Program-made: the position numbers and the translations under genes
The notes under the pieces: model-generated
Databases searched by the model: none
What the model was told of the DNA's origin: nothing
The model's input: only the letters and a program-made list of their open reading frames with translations
Assembly (NCBI GenBank): GCA_963790475.1
Contig: CAWBOS010000012.1
Coordinates: forward strand, 480,001 to 544,000
From: an uncultured delta proteobacterium
GTDB taxonomy: Bacteria; Desulfobacterota; RBG-13-43-22
Reading direction: 5' to 3'
Length of the DNA stretch: 64,000 nucleotides
In this document: positions 54,812 to 64,000 of the stretch, piece after piece
Layout: the number at the start of each line of letters is the position of its first letter
Numbering within the stretch: the first letter of the stretch is position 1

Positions 54812-54958
54812 TTAGACAGGATTAACAGGATTTATTTCATTCAGCCTTTCCGGAAGAAAGGCTGAAAAAGTCTTTTCGCCGATGGCGAGAGATCAATTCT
54901 TCTCTTTCTTCTGGAAAGGGAGAAATTGATCTTCTCTATCCGTGTAAATCCTGTCTAA
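54812..54958. repeat. MITE-like palindromic element with internal hairpins
   Basis: Terminal IR TTAGACAGGATT/AATCCTGTCTAA enclosing three stem-loops. Confidence 0.65.
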
Positions 54959-54982
54959 GAAAAGTGTTATGAAAAGAAATCA

Positions 54983-55135
54983 ATGAACAAACATTACCTC
55001 AGAACTTAAAAGTTTTGCCGGAAATCTCGGCGCCGATTTTTAATCGGAGTGGCCGATCTGGGAACGTTTCGAAAAGGATTACCCCTTTTTCCAGAAACCT
55101 GATAGAATCTTATTCTTATGTCCTACTATTGGGGT
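54983..55135 (+). pseudogene. 5' remnant of a QueG-like Fe-S protein gene
   Basis: Frameshifted ITSELKSFAGNLGAD(F)-IGVADLGTFRKGLPLFPE. Confidence 0.45.
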
Positions 55136-55213
55136 TCGTTTAAAGGATGCGGGAGGGGGCTTGACCGAGACGGATTTGGAATGGATATAATTTTATCTGC
55201 CTGGAGGTATCTT

Positions 55214-55417
55214 ATGAAATACAAAGTAAATCTTAAAAAGACGGAAGAAGGTTATTCTGTATGGGTTCCAGGGTTGCCCGGTTGTTGGTCTCAAGGGAAA
55301 ACGGAAAAGGAAGCCTTGGACAATATAAAAGACGCCATTCAGGGTTACTTACAAACAGTTGAAGCATTAACCAAAAACAAAGAGACTCGCTTCGTTGAAG
55401 TGGAAAGTTATGCCTAA
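55214..55417 (+). CDS. hicB: HicB-family antitoxin (short)
   Basis: YSVWVPGLPGCWSQGKTEKEALDNIKDAI; GGAGG RBS. Confidence 0.9.
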   Translation: MKYKVNLKKTEEGYSVWVPGLPGCWSQGKTEKEALDNIKDAIQGYLQTVEALTKNKETRFVEVESYA

Positions 55418-55622
55418 ACTTTCAGGAATTAATCATCAACGAGCAATTAAAGTCTTCAAAAAAGCGGGTTTTTGGATTGCAAGAAAAGGAAAACATATAA
55501 CTATGACGAATGGGGAACGAATCATTACCATCCCAAAAGCAAATCCCGTAGATGCCTTTACAATGGCAGGGATTGTCAGGGATTCCGGGCTTAGCCTTGA
55601 ACAATTTAATGAGTTGTTATAA
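55410..55622 (+). CDS. hicA: HicA-family toxin
   Basis: KAGFWIARKGKHITM...TMAGIVRDSGLS; overlaps hicB stop. Confidence 0.85.
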   Translation: MPKLSGINHQRAIKVFKKAGFWIARKGKHITMTNGERIITIPKANPVDAFTMAGIVRDSGLSLEQFNELL

Positions 55623-55636
55623 GGAACGGTAAACCA

Positions 55637-57370
55637 ATGACTATTCGCCTGGCCCTGGCTCAAATCAATACCACCGTTGGAGATTTATCAGGTAACCGCG
55701 ACAAGATCATGGAAGGTCTGGAAAAGGCCCGTGAAATGGAGGCCGATCTGGTGGCCTTTCCGGAGTTGGCCGTCACCGGATATCCCCCGGAAGACCTATT
55801 GCTTAAACCGGACTTTGTGGAATCGGCCCAAGAAATTTTAATCAATTTGGCTCCAGCCACCAAAGGCTTGTTGGCTGTAATCGGTGGCCTGTGGGTGGAA
55901 AATGATCTCTACAATGGAGCGGCCATATTTTCCGACAGGCAATTAATCACCGTCTATGCCAAACATTTTCTGCCCAACTATGGGGTCTTTGATGAAAACC
56001 GTTATTTTCAGATGGGCCAAAAAAATCCGGTCTTTCGTTTCCAAGATGGTCTCTTGGGAGTTAGCATTTGTGAAGATATCTGGTATCCCACCGGTCCGCC
56101 CCATTTTCAGGCCGGCATCGGCGGGGCCCAATTACTTATCAATATTTCCTCTTCTCCCTATTATCTGGGAAAGGGACGGGACCGGGAGCGCATGCTGGCC
56201 ACCCGGGCTGCGGATGATCTCTCCTTTCTGGCTTACTGCAACCTGGTAGGGGGCCAGGATGAATTGATTTTTGACGGCCAGAGTATGGTCTTTGATCCTC
56301 AAGGGGAAGTGATCGCCCGGGCCGGTCAGTTCGTCGAGGATTTCCTGATCGTAGACCTGGACCTGAAGGAAGCCTTTCGCTGGCGTCTCTTTGATCCCCG
56401 CAGGCGGAAACAAGCCGAGGAAACCGGGTCTGATATTCAACTCATTGAGATCCCTAAAATCCCAATCCCCAAAAAATCAACTCTGGTTTCTCCTAAAAAG
56501 ACAGCCCCTCTTTCTCACGAGGCCGAGGCCTATCAGGCCCTGGTACTTGGAACCAGAGATTATTGCCGTAAAAATGGTTTCAGCGCGGTGGTAGTCGGTC
56601 TTTCTGGTGGTATCGACAGCTCTCTGACAGCGGTTGTTGCCGCTGACGCCCTGAGTCCGGACCAGGTTTACGGTATTGCCATGCCCACCCGCTATTCCTC
56701 TTCCCACAGTCTGGAAGATGCCGAAGAACTTGCCCGGAATCTGGGAATCCATTTTTTAAACATCCCCATCGAACCGGTCTTTCAAGCCTATTTGGAAATT
56801 CTGAAACCCCATTTTAAGAATCTTCCCGAAGACCTGACCGAAGAAAACCTTCAACCCAGGATCCGGGGGACTCTACTCATGGGGTTGTCCAATAAATTTG
56901 GCTGGCTGGTTTTGACCACAGGAAATAAAAGTGAAACCGGTGTGGGCTACTCCACCCTTTATGGAGACACCGCCGGGGGCTTTGCCGTGCTCAAGGACGT
57001 CCCCAAAACCTTAGTTTATGCCTTAAGCCTTTATCGAAACCAAATCCAAGAAAAAGAAGTGATCCCCAAAAGGGTTTTAGACAAGCCCCCCTCGGCTGAA
57101 CTCCGACCCGATCAAAAAGACTCGGATTCACTGCCGCCTTATGAATTACTTGATCCGATCTTGGAGGCTTATGTGGAAGAAAGCTGCTCCTTGGATGAAA
57201 TTGTCCAAAGGGGTTTTGAACCAGAGATGGCCAAAAAGGTGATCCGGATGGTAGATCGAAATGAATATAAGCGGCGTCAAAGTCCTCCGGGAATTAAAAT
57301 CACCTCCAGGGCCTTCGGCAAGGATTGGCGCCTGCCGATTACGAATCGGTATACCGGCAAGACCTCCTGA
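55637..57370 (+). CDS. nadE: Glutamine-dependent NAD+ synthetase
   Basis: Nitrilase domain (FPEL, K, ICEDIW), SGGIDS, TGNKSE, PSAEL. Confidence 0.97.
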   Translation: MTIRLALAQINTTVGDLSGNRDKIMEGLEKAREMEADLVAFPELAVTGYPPEDLLLKPDFVESAQEILINLAPATKGLLAVIGGLWVENDLYNGAAIFSDRQLITVYAKHFLPNYGVFDENRYFQMGQKNPVFRFQDGLLGVSICEDIWYPTGPPHFQAGIGGAQLLINISSSPYYLGKGRDRERMLATRAADDLSFLAYCNLVGGQDELIFDGQSMVFDPQGEVIARAGQFVEDFLIVDLDLKEAFRWRLFDPRRRKQAEETGSDIQLIEIPKIPIPKKSTLVSPKKTAPLSHEAEAYQALVLGTRDYCRKNGFSAVVVGLSGGIDSSLTAVVAADALSPDQVYGIAMPTRYSSSHSLEDAEELARNLGIHFLNIPIEPVFQAYLEILKPHFKNLPEDLTEENLQPRIRGTLLMGLSNKFGWLVLTTGNKSETGVGYSTLYGDTAGGFAVLKDVPKTLVYALSLYRNQIQEKEVIPKRVLDKPPSAELRPDQKDSDSLPPYELLDPILEAYVEESCSLDEIVQRGFEPEMAKKVIRMVDRNEYKRRQSPPGIKITSRAFGKDWRLPITNRYTGKTS

Positions 57371-57490
57371 ACTGATCTGAATAGATGCTCAGACCTTTTT
57401 CTCAATTTCAAGTAATGAAGGATTGACCAGGATTTGAAGATTTCGGTCGGTTCCTCATCTGTAAATCCCATTTTCCTCGGAGGCCCCGCC

Positions 57491-58852
57491 ATGAGCACGC
57501 AGCGCCACCGCAAGCTCGATCCGGTTGAGCTTCGGATCGAAAAGGCTCTCCAACCCAACCGCTTCATCGCGTACACCGCTTGTTCCGAGTTTATCGAGGG
57601 GATCGAGGCGGTTCAGACTGAGATCGCAAGACTCGTTGAAGGCGAACCGGCGCGCGCCGCATTCCTCTACGAGACCTTCCTCGCGGGCTGCTATGAGAAG
57701 GCCGAGGAAATCGACGATTCGGGCGGCAGCTTCGGGCAATTCGTCGAAGCCCTCTTCCTCGGCTGGATCAAGGCCCGCCAGGCCGCGGTAGTGGATCCGA
57801 ACGAGACGGCCTCGCGCCTGCTCGCCTGGATGGACGAGGACCCCTATGGCTTCTGCTACCGAATCGAAACAAACGTCGCCAAAGGACTCCACAAGGCGGG
57901 CCTTGCGGCCTTCGAGCGGCAGGTCCGGGCGCGATTCGACGTCGTGGCCCTCACCGCACCCTCGCCGGACGGGTCTCCCCGGCAGAATTCGGAGTATGTT
58001 CGCCGCCGCTGGGGCGAAGTGCTGCGCACACTCTACCTTGCCCAACGAAACATCGAGGCCTACGTCGCCCTCGCCGAGGAAACAGCCGTCACGGCGGAAG
58101 ACTGCCACGCCGTCGCTACGCTTCTTGCCAGCCGCCGGAAATTGGCAGACGCCCTGGCCTGGGTGGATCGGGGGGTCGAGCTCAATAACAAGGCGCCCCA
58201 TGAGTCCATGGCTGGCTACCAACTCGCGAAACTCAAGCGGGTGCTGCTCAAAAAGCTGGGCCGCGGCCAGGAGGCGCTCGAGGCTGCCTGGGCGCAGTAC
58301 CGGAAGCACCCGAGCCTGTTTTCCTACGAGGAGCTGATTGAATTCGTGCCCAAGCCCGACAGGGACTTCTGGCACGAAAAGGCTCTGGAAGCAGTGAGGG
58401 AGGGGGATCTGAGTTCAGCCATCGAGCTTCTTTTGGGGATCAAGGAGCCCGAACGCCTCGTCGAACGGCTGCGCGACGCCAGCGACGACGCCTTGGAGGA
58501 CCTCAGCCACTACACCACCGAACCGGCCGCGGAGAAGCTCGAGAAGTCGCATCCGGACGTAGCGGCAAGGCTCTGGCGTGCCCAGGGGATGCGAATCCTC
58601 AACGGGAAGAAGAGCAAGTACTACGACGCCGCGCTCGCAGACTTCGAGAAGGCACGGCGGTGCTTCGAGAAGGCGGGACTGACCACCGAATGGGAACTGA
58701 CCGTAGCGAAAGTGAACGTCCAACACCACCGAAAGACGGGATTCATGCCCGGTTTCGAGGAGATCGTCCGGGGCTCAGGACCGAGCACCCAGCCCTCGTT
58801 CATAGAACGTGCGAAGGCACGCTGGGGCGGCAGGCAGACTAAGGACGGGTAG
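57491..58852 (+). CDS. GC-rich alpha-helical hypothetical protein (DUF6880-like)
   Basis: 453-aa ORF with GGAGG RBS, IDDSGGSFG, KSKYYDAA and HHRKTGFM motifs; visibly higher GC than flanks. Confidence 0.7.
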   Translation: MSTQRHRKLDPVELRIEKALQPNRFIAYTACSEFIEGIEAVQTEIARLVEGEPARAAFLYETFLAGCYEKAEEIDDSGGSFGQFVEALFLGWIKARQAAVVDPNETASRLLAWMDEDPYGFCYRIETNVAKGLHKAGLAAFERQVRARFDVVALTAPSPDGSPRQNSEYVRRRWGEVLRTLYLAQRNIEAYVALAEETAVTAEDCHAVATLLASRRKLADALAWVDRGVELNNKAPHESMAGYQLAKLKRVLLKKLGRGQEALEAAWAQYRKHPSLFSYEELIEFVPKPDRDFWHEKALEAVREGDLSSAIELLLGIKEPERLVERLRDASDDALEDLSHYTTEPAAEKLEKSHPDVAARLWRAQGMRILNGKKSKYYDAALADFEKARRCFEKAGLTTEWELTVAKVNVQHHRKTGFMPGFEEIVRGSGPSTQPSFIERAKARWGGRQTKDG

Positions 58853-59127
58853 ACGTTCCGCATCCCGGCTGAAGCAGGGAGGAAAACCAATGAACCGACC
58901 AGGAACGGGTGACAAGGATCTGGAGAAGCACATCAGGGAGGTCACTTTCGACAAAAGGGGACGCGCAAAAGGGGACGTTCGTGCAGAACGCGCTTTGCTA
59001 TTAACCGGCAGCAACGGGGGCATGGAGTGAAATCATCATCTCTTTTTAATATGTTTTCCAAACAGTATTCCTCTTTATCAATAGACTATCCTATCCATGC
59101 CCATGTCGAGAGCCTGTTTTCACGCGA

Positions 59128-59187
59128 GCCGAACGATGAGCTAAGAGGCGCCGCGTAGCGGCGTCCTACTTGAGCGATTCGTTATGT
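59128..59187 (-). mobile_element. Integron attC site (solitary)
   Basis: Minus strand ACATAAC-GAAT-CGCTCAAG-TAGGACGCCGCTACGCGGCGCCT-CTTAGCT-CATC-GTTCGGC has the R''/L''/L'/R' layout, 60 bp. Confidence 0.8.
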
Positions 59188-59239
59188 TCTTACATAGGTC
59201 TATATTGGCCATAGGCGTAAATTTATTTGGGGCTGCGAC

Positions 59240-59400
59240 TTACAGCCGTGTTTACTTGCCAGAGCAGCCAGATGCGCGTCCGTTACCAGGTTGGCGACGG
59301 CCTGGCCTTCGATCAACATTTTCCGAAAAATGATCCAGTGCCGGGCGGTGGGATGGATGAGGCGTGCGCAGGGTTGATCCAGCCAGCCTGCGATATCTTT
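59240..59400 (-). pseudogene. Internal fragment of a VapC PIN toxin
   Basis: GWLDQPCARLIHPTARHW...ANLVTDAHLAALASKHGC; N-terminus missing. Confidence 0.7.
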
Positions 59401-59465
59401 CTTGACACTATTGTCTTTTTTCAATATCTTTTATCCATTAGAAAAACTAAGGAAGGGATCCTCCG

Positions 59466-61418
59466 ATGAAAACACCATTATGGGAACCATCCCCGGAAAT
59501 GATCGAAAAAACAAATATGACCCGGTTTATCAAGTTTGTGAACCGCAAATATGGAATGACCATCAAGGACTATCCCGAGCTCTATGCCTGGTCCATTGAT
59601 AAAATCCCGGACTTCTGGGCGGCCATGTGGGAGTTTGGTGCCATCAAGACTTCGCACCCATTCGACCGGGTGATCGATGACTTAAATAAAATGCCCGGGG
59701 CCCGATGGTTTGAAGGGGCCAGACTCAATTACGCTGAAAACTTGCTCCGTTATCGGGATGACCAAACAGCTTTGATCTTTAAAGGGGAAGCCCTGGAAGC
59801 GAAAAAGATCACCTATAAAGAATTGTATTCTCGGGTTGCTGCCTTAGCCAAGTCTCTTAAAGAGTTAGGGGTCATTCCGGGAGATCGGGTAGTCGGTTTC
59901 ATGCCTAATATGATGGAGACCATCATCGCTATGCTGGCCGCCACTTCATTGGGTGCGGTCTGGTCTTCCTGCTCGCCTGATTTCGGGATAAAAGGAGTCC
60001 TGGACCGTTTTGGGCAGATCAAACCTAAGGTCCTTTTTACGGCCGATGGGTACACCTACAATGGAAAGACCTTTGATTCCATCGGTCGCATTTCCGATAT
60101 TGTCAAGGACCTTCCTTCCATTCAAAAGGTCGTTGTCGTTCCTTATACCCAGGAAAAACCGGACCTCGGTCCCATTGCCAGGTCCATCCATTACCAGGAA
60201 TTTATTGCTCCGGAGACCGACCCGACCATTGACTTTGTTCAGGTTCCGGCCGACCATCCCCTGTACATTATGTATTCTTCGGGGACCACAGGGCTTCCTA
60301 AATGTATGATCCAGAGTGTAGCCGGCATACTGGTAAACCAGCTCAAAGAATTGATGCTCCATACCGATCTTAAACGGGAAGACACCATCTTTTATTTCAC
60401 TACCTGCGGTTGGATGATGTGGAACTGGCTGACCAGTTCCCTGGCCTGCGGGGCCACCTTGGTCTTGTTCGACGGGTCCCCCTTTTACCCCGATCCCGGA
60501 GTTTTGTGGAAACTGGCTCAGGATGAACGGATCACCGTCTTCGGAACCAGTGCCCGCTATATCACCTCCCTGGAGAAAGAGCAGATTCGGCCGGGCAGGG
60601 ATAATGATCTGACCCCCTTGCGTGCGGTCCTCTCCACCGGATCCCCTCTTCCTGTGGAGGGATTCCACTATATCTACCGAGAGGTAAAAAAGGACGTTCA
60701 ATTGTCGTCCATCTCCGGGGGCACAGACTTGAACGGCTGTTTTGCTCTCGGAAATCCTTTGCTTCCGGTATATGAAGGAGAGCTCCAATGCCGCGGCCTG
60801 GGATTGAAAGTGGAGGCCTTTAATGGACAGGGGAGGCCGGTGGTCGAGGAATTGGGGGAACTGGTCTGCACCGCTCCCTTCCCTTCCATGCCCCTTTATT
60901 TTTGGGATGACCCGGATAATGAGAAATATTTGAACGCTTATTTCAAACCCTTCCCTGGGGTCTGGTGCCATGGTGATTTCATAAAAATCACTGAAAACGG
61001 CGGGGTGGTCATTTACGGCCGCTCCGACGCCACGCTCAATCCGGGGGGGGTGCGTATCGGCACAGCCGACATCTACCGCCAGGTAGAGACCCTGCCGGAG
61101 ATTGCCGATAGCATCGTTGTCGGACAGGATTGGGACAAAGATGTACGGATCATCCTTTTTGTCAAAATGGCCGAGGGGGTGCAGTTGGACGACACCTTGA
61201 TGAATAAGATTAAAAAGACTATCCGGGAGAACACCACCCCCCGCCATGTACCGGCCAAGATCATCCGGGTGGCCGATATCCCTTATACCATTAATATGAA
61301 GAAGGTGGAGTTGGCAGTCCGCAATGTGATTCACGGGAAACCGGTATTGAACAAAGATGCCCTGGCCAACCCCGAAGCCTTGGATCTGTATAAGGATTTA
61401 CCTGAACTCCAAAAATGA
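59466..61418 (+). CDS. Acetoacetate--CoA ligase
   Basis: [39 protein letters not shown]. Confidence 0.93.
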   Translation: MKTPLWEPSPEMIEKTNMTRFIKFVNRKYGMTIKDYPELYAWSIDKIPDFWAAMWEFGAIKTSHPFDRVIDDLNKMPGARWFEGARLNYAENLLRYRDDQTALIFKGEALEAKKITYKELYSRVAALAKSLKELGVIPGDRVVGFMPNMMETIIAMLAATSLGAVWSSCSPDFGIKGVLDRFGQIKPKVLFTADGYTYNGKTFDSIGRISDIVKDLPSIQKVVVVPYTQEKPDLGPIARSIHYQEFIAPETDPTIDFVQVPADHPLYIMYSSGTTGLPKCMIQSVAGILVNQLKELMLHTDLKREDTIFYFTTCGWMMWNWLTSSLACGATLVLFDGSPFYPDPGVLWKLAQDERITVFGTSARYITSLEKEQIRPGRDNDLTPLRAVLSTGSPLPVEGFHYIYREVKKDVQLSSISGGTDLNGCFALGNPLLPVYEGELQCRGLGLKVEAFNGQGRPVVEELGELVCTAPFPSMPLYFWDDPDNEKYLNAYFKPFPGVWCHGDFIKITENGGVVIYGRSDATLNPGGVRIGTADIYRQVETLPEIADSIVVGQDWDKDVRIILFVKMAEGVQLDDTLMNKIKKTIRENTTPRHVPAKIIRVADIPYTINMKKVELAVRNVIHGKPVLNKDALANPEALDLYKDLPELQK

Positions 61419-61487
61419 GATGGAACCTTTAACCGAACTGCTTAACTTTTAAAAAGATTGAAGGTCTCGTGAAAAGGCATCAAGACT

Positions 61488-61556
61488 GTCACCCCGGCGA
61501 AAGCCGGGGTCCAGTTATAGTAATTGTTCCTGGATTCCGGCTTTCGCCGGAATGAC
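61488..61556. repeat. REP-like inverted doublet
   Basis: GTCACCCCGGCGAAAGCCGGGGTCCAG...CTGGATTCCGGCTTTCGCCGGAATGAC. Confidence 0.8.
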
Positions 61557-61614
61557 CAAGAAATTGCCTTCTGCTTTTTGCTAATTCATCAGGATTGTCA
61601 GTCAGAAAATTATT

Positions 61615-62172
61615 ATGAAAACTTTTATCCCCTCTCGTGAAATCTGTCTGTCCCTGATGGAACAGCACGGTATGCTCCCGAATATCAAAGATCACAGCCT
61701 GCTAGTAGCCCGGATAGCCCTTTGCCTCGGAAAAAATTTGATGGCTCAATTCCCGGAATTGAATTTGGACCTGATAGAAGCCGGGGCTTTGCTTCATGAC
61801 ATTGCCAAAACAGAAACCATCAAGACCAGGGGCAATCATGCCCAGATCGGCGAAGAAATGGTCAGGGCCATGGGTTTTGATCCGGTGGCCCGGATCGTGG
61901 CCCAACATGTGCGCCTGGAGGATGCCTATTTCCAAAATGGTGGGGTGGATGAAGTAGTTCTGGTCCATTATGCCGACAAACGCGTCCGGCACGATGAGGT
62001 GGTCGATTTAGAGGATCGTTTTGAGTATCTGGTGGAGACCTACGGGCGTTCCCCAGAGGCAGTGGGGCGAATCGAAGCCCTTTATCAAGACACCTTGAAA
62101 GTGGAAAAAATGATTTTTCTGCACCTGTCCTTTCCACCCCAGGCTCTCAGAGATTATCTTGAAATGAGTTGA
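61615..62172 (+). CDS. HD-domain phosphohydrolase
   Basis: HS...ALLHDIAK...H...YADKR. Confidence 0.88.
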   Translation: MKTFIPSREICLSLMEQHGMLPNIKDHSLLVARIALCLGKNLMAQFPELNLDLIEAGALLHDIAKTETIKTRGNHAQIGEEMVRAMGFDPVARIVAQHVRLEDAYFQNGGVDEVVLVHYADKRVRHDEVVDLEDRFEYLVETYGRSPEAVGRIEALYQDTLKVEKMIFLHLSFPPQALRDYLEMS

Positions 62173-62208
62173 TCCAAAAAAAACCAAACGTAAAACAAAG
62201 GAAACCCG

Positions 62209-62955
62209 ATGTCTGAGCAAAATTTTCCGAAAGGCATAGAGGACCTTTCCCAACCCGAACTGGTCCAGTGGCTCATGGAAGGATTTCGGCGCACCCTAAT
62301 CCATTACGGCTGCTGGTTTCGGGAAGTGGAATATCAGCTTGGGATACAGAAGGCCACCGAGGTCGAAGGGGAAGCCGGTGATTTGGCCTGGCCCATCATC
62401 CTCAAACGTATGGCTGCTCTTTTCGGATTCGAGATCCAAGATGGTGCCCCGGTGGCACTGACGCGGCTTAGTAAAGAGAATTTAATCGAGGCCATCGACA
62501 CTGCGGCCGTCAACTGGCTGGCCGATGATGGGGTCTGGTTTCAAACCGTAGAAAAACACTACGGCATGGACACCGCCAAACGCTGCAATGACACCGCCTG
62601 GTCCCGTTTTTCTCCTTACGAAGCCTTTAGGATAAAGAAATTATTGGGCCTGCCTGAATCTCCGGGATTGGAAGGGCTTAAAATCGCCCTCGGTTTCCGC
62701 ATGTATGCCCGCATCAACCGGCAATCCATTGAAGACATCGATTCAACGCAATTTATCTTCCGCATGAATGACTGCCGGGTCCAGGCCGCCAGGAAACGCA
62801 AAGGATTGCCTGATTATCCATGCAAATCCGTAGGCCTGGTTGAATATCCTTTTTTTGCCTCGGCCATCGATAAACGGATAACCACCGAATGTCTTGGCTG
62901 TCCGCCGGATTACCATCCGGAGATCTGGTATTGCGCCTGGAAGTTTAAAATATAA
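62209..62955 (+). CDS. DUF6125-like protein
   Basis: NWLADDGVWF, CRVQAARKRKG, CPPD...WYCAW. Confidence 0.75.
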   Translation: MSEQNFPKGIEDLSQPELVQWLMEGFRRTLIHYGCWFREVEYQLGIQKATEVEGEAGDLAWPIILKRMAALFGFEIQDGAPVALTRLSKENLIEAIDTAAVNWLADDGVWFQTVEKHYGMDTAKRCNDTAWSRFSPYEAFRIKKLLGLPESPGLEGLKIALGFRMYARINRQSIEDIDSTQFIFRMNDCRVQAARKRKGLPDYPCKSVGLVEYPFFASAIDKRITTECLGCPPDYHPEIWYCAWKFKI

Positions 62956-63083
62956 AAAATATGCCGTTCGTCAGAAATCGTTCTGCGTTATGGGCAAATA
63001 CTTACTGTTTCTTGTTGCCCACCGAAGGCGGGAATGAAATGTAGTACAAATCACCAAGAAATACTCGCGGGAAAGGATTGTTT

Positions 63084-63719
63084 ATGGAGACCACGAATCG
63101 CGATTTGATGCAACAGGCCAGGGAAGCCCTGAAGGGACGTTGGGGATTGGCTGTTGGAGGAACGGTAATCATTCTGATCCTGAGTGCCCTGATCAAAGTG
63201 ATCCCCATAGTAGGCTGGATCGGGAGTCTGATCATCGGGGGTCCTTTGGGGTTAGGAGCGGCCGCCTTTTTTCTCTCCCTTTCCCGGAGACAAGATGCTC
63301 AACTCTCTCAATTATTTGAGGGTTTCCAGGATTTTACTCGGGCCCTGGTTACTTATTTTTTAATGATTTTATTTATTATTCTCTGGACCATCCTGCTGGT
63401 TATTCCCGGTATTGTTGCCGCCTTTTCCTATTCCCAAACTTTTTTCATCCTGGCCGAAAATCCAAAAATGGAAAGCATGGATGTTCTCCGAAAAAGCAAG
63501 GCCATGATGAAAGGGAACCGTTGGAAGTTGTTTTTCCTGCTCTGGAGATTCTTCGGCTGGTTTCTATTGGGAATCCTTAGTCTGGGGATTGGTTTCCTGT
63601 GGATCATACCCTATCTGATAACTACATCGGCAAGGTTTTATGATGACCTGAAGGCGGGCGATAGGCCGCCAACTATGGAAGGGGTTGTTACCCCAACCGA
63701 GTCAGCCATAAACGGTTAA
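63084..63719 (+). CDS. DUF975-family membrane protein
   Basis: AREALKGRW, LVIPGIVAAFSYS, MMKGNRWKLF, FYDDL. Confidence 0.85.
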   Translation: METTNRDLMQQAREALKGRWGLAVGGTVIILILSALIKVIPIVGWIGSLIIGGPLGLGAAAFFLSLSRRQDAQLSQLFEGFQDFTRALVTYFLMILFIILWTILLVIPGIVAAFSYSQTFFILAENPKMESMDVLRKSKAMMKGNRWKLFFLLWRFFGWFLLGILSLGIGFLWIIPYLITTSARFYDDLKAGDRPPTMEGVVTPTESAING

Positions 63720-63729
63720 CAAAACACCT

Positions 63730-64000
63730 ATGCCTGTACATGCCAGCCAGGTCAGCGTCTGTCGTTGTCCGGATTATCAACCAACCAATTTGACCAGGGC
63801 GGTGGAAAAATGTTTATCCGCTCTGGAACCACTCCCTTTGGCCAAAGGTGCCCGGGTCCTGCTTAAACCTAATTGTCTTTCGGCCAATCATGGTCCTGAC
63901 CAGCCGGTCAACACCCGGGTTGAGATGATTGAAGCGGTTGGACGCTATCTCCGCCATCATCACCAGGTCAAACTGGTTATCGCCGATTCCGGCGGAATGG
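63730..64000 (+). CDS. DUF362-family protein, 5' part (runs off window)
   Basis: Manual translation VSVCRCPDY...RVLLKPNCLS...VIADSGG. Confidence 0.75.
   Translation, partial: MPVHASQVSVCRCPDYQPTNLTRAVEKCLSALEPLPLAKGARVLLKPNCLSANHGPDQPVNTRVEMIEAVGRYLRHHHQVKLVIADSGGM

Noticed and set aside
57455-58375. 306-aa antisense ORF (similarly 59946-61334 and 37873-38718)
   Set aside because: Codon-bias shadows of well-supported genes on the opposite strand

Overview
A 64-kb bacterial chromosomal segment, probably from an anaerobic Desulfobacterota (deltaproteobacterial) genome; this is inferred from gene content and intergenic repeat styles. Housekeeping blocks are infC-thrS-acyP-ligA, rsmA, mreBCD-mrdA-rodA-U32, ilvD, nadE and an acetoacetate-CoA ligase. 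They alternate with small accessory islets: three TA pairs, a complete IS1595 with TIRs and TSD, an IS91 scar, a solitary attC, MITE/REP-like repeats and many gene remnants. The most notable items are: (1) a defence islet at 28.3-37.1 kb built on a two-gene module, a PLD-SNF2 helicase plus a IIG-like m6A MTase-TRD, where the helicase has two lesions and the MTase nuclease domain looks degenerate; (2) an orphan PrdB/GrdB-like selenoprotein (UGA-PVC with a SECIS-like hairpin) that the ORF track splits in two; (3) a histone-H1-like Lys/Ala protein whose promoter carries two NrdR-box-like sites 32 bp apart; (4) a ThrRS with an atypical, possibly foreign catalytic core; (5) a MetF-MetV fusion followed by a sulfite-reductase-like Fe-S gene; (6) an apparent MreD-PBP2 fusion that one extra T would explain. 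Several single-base frameshifts could be assembly errors. All family calls come from motif recognition by eye; no database search was run.
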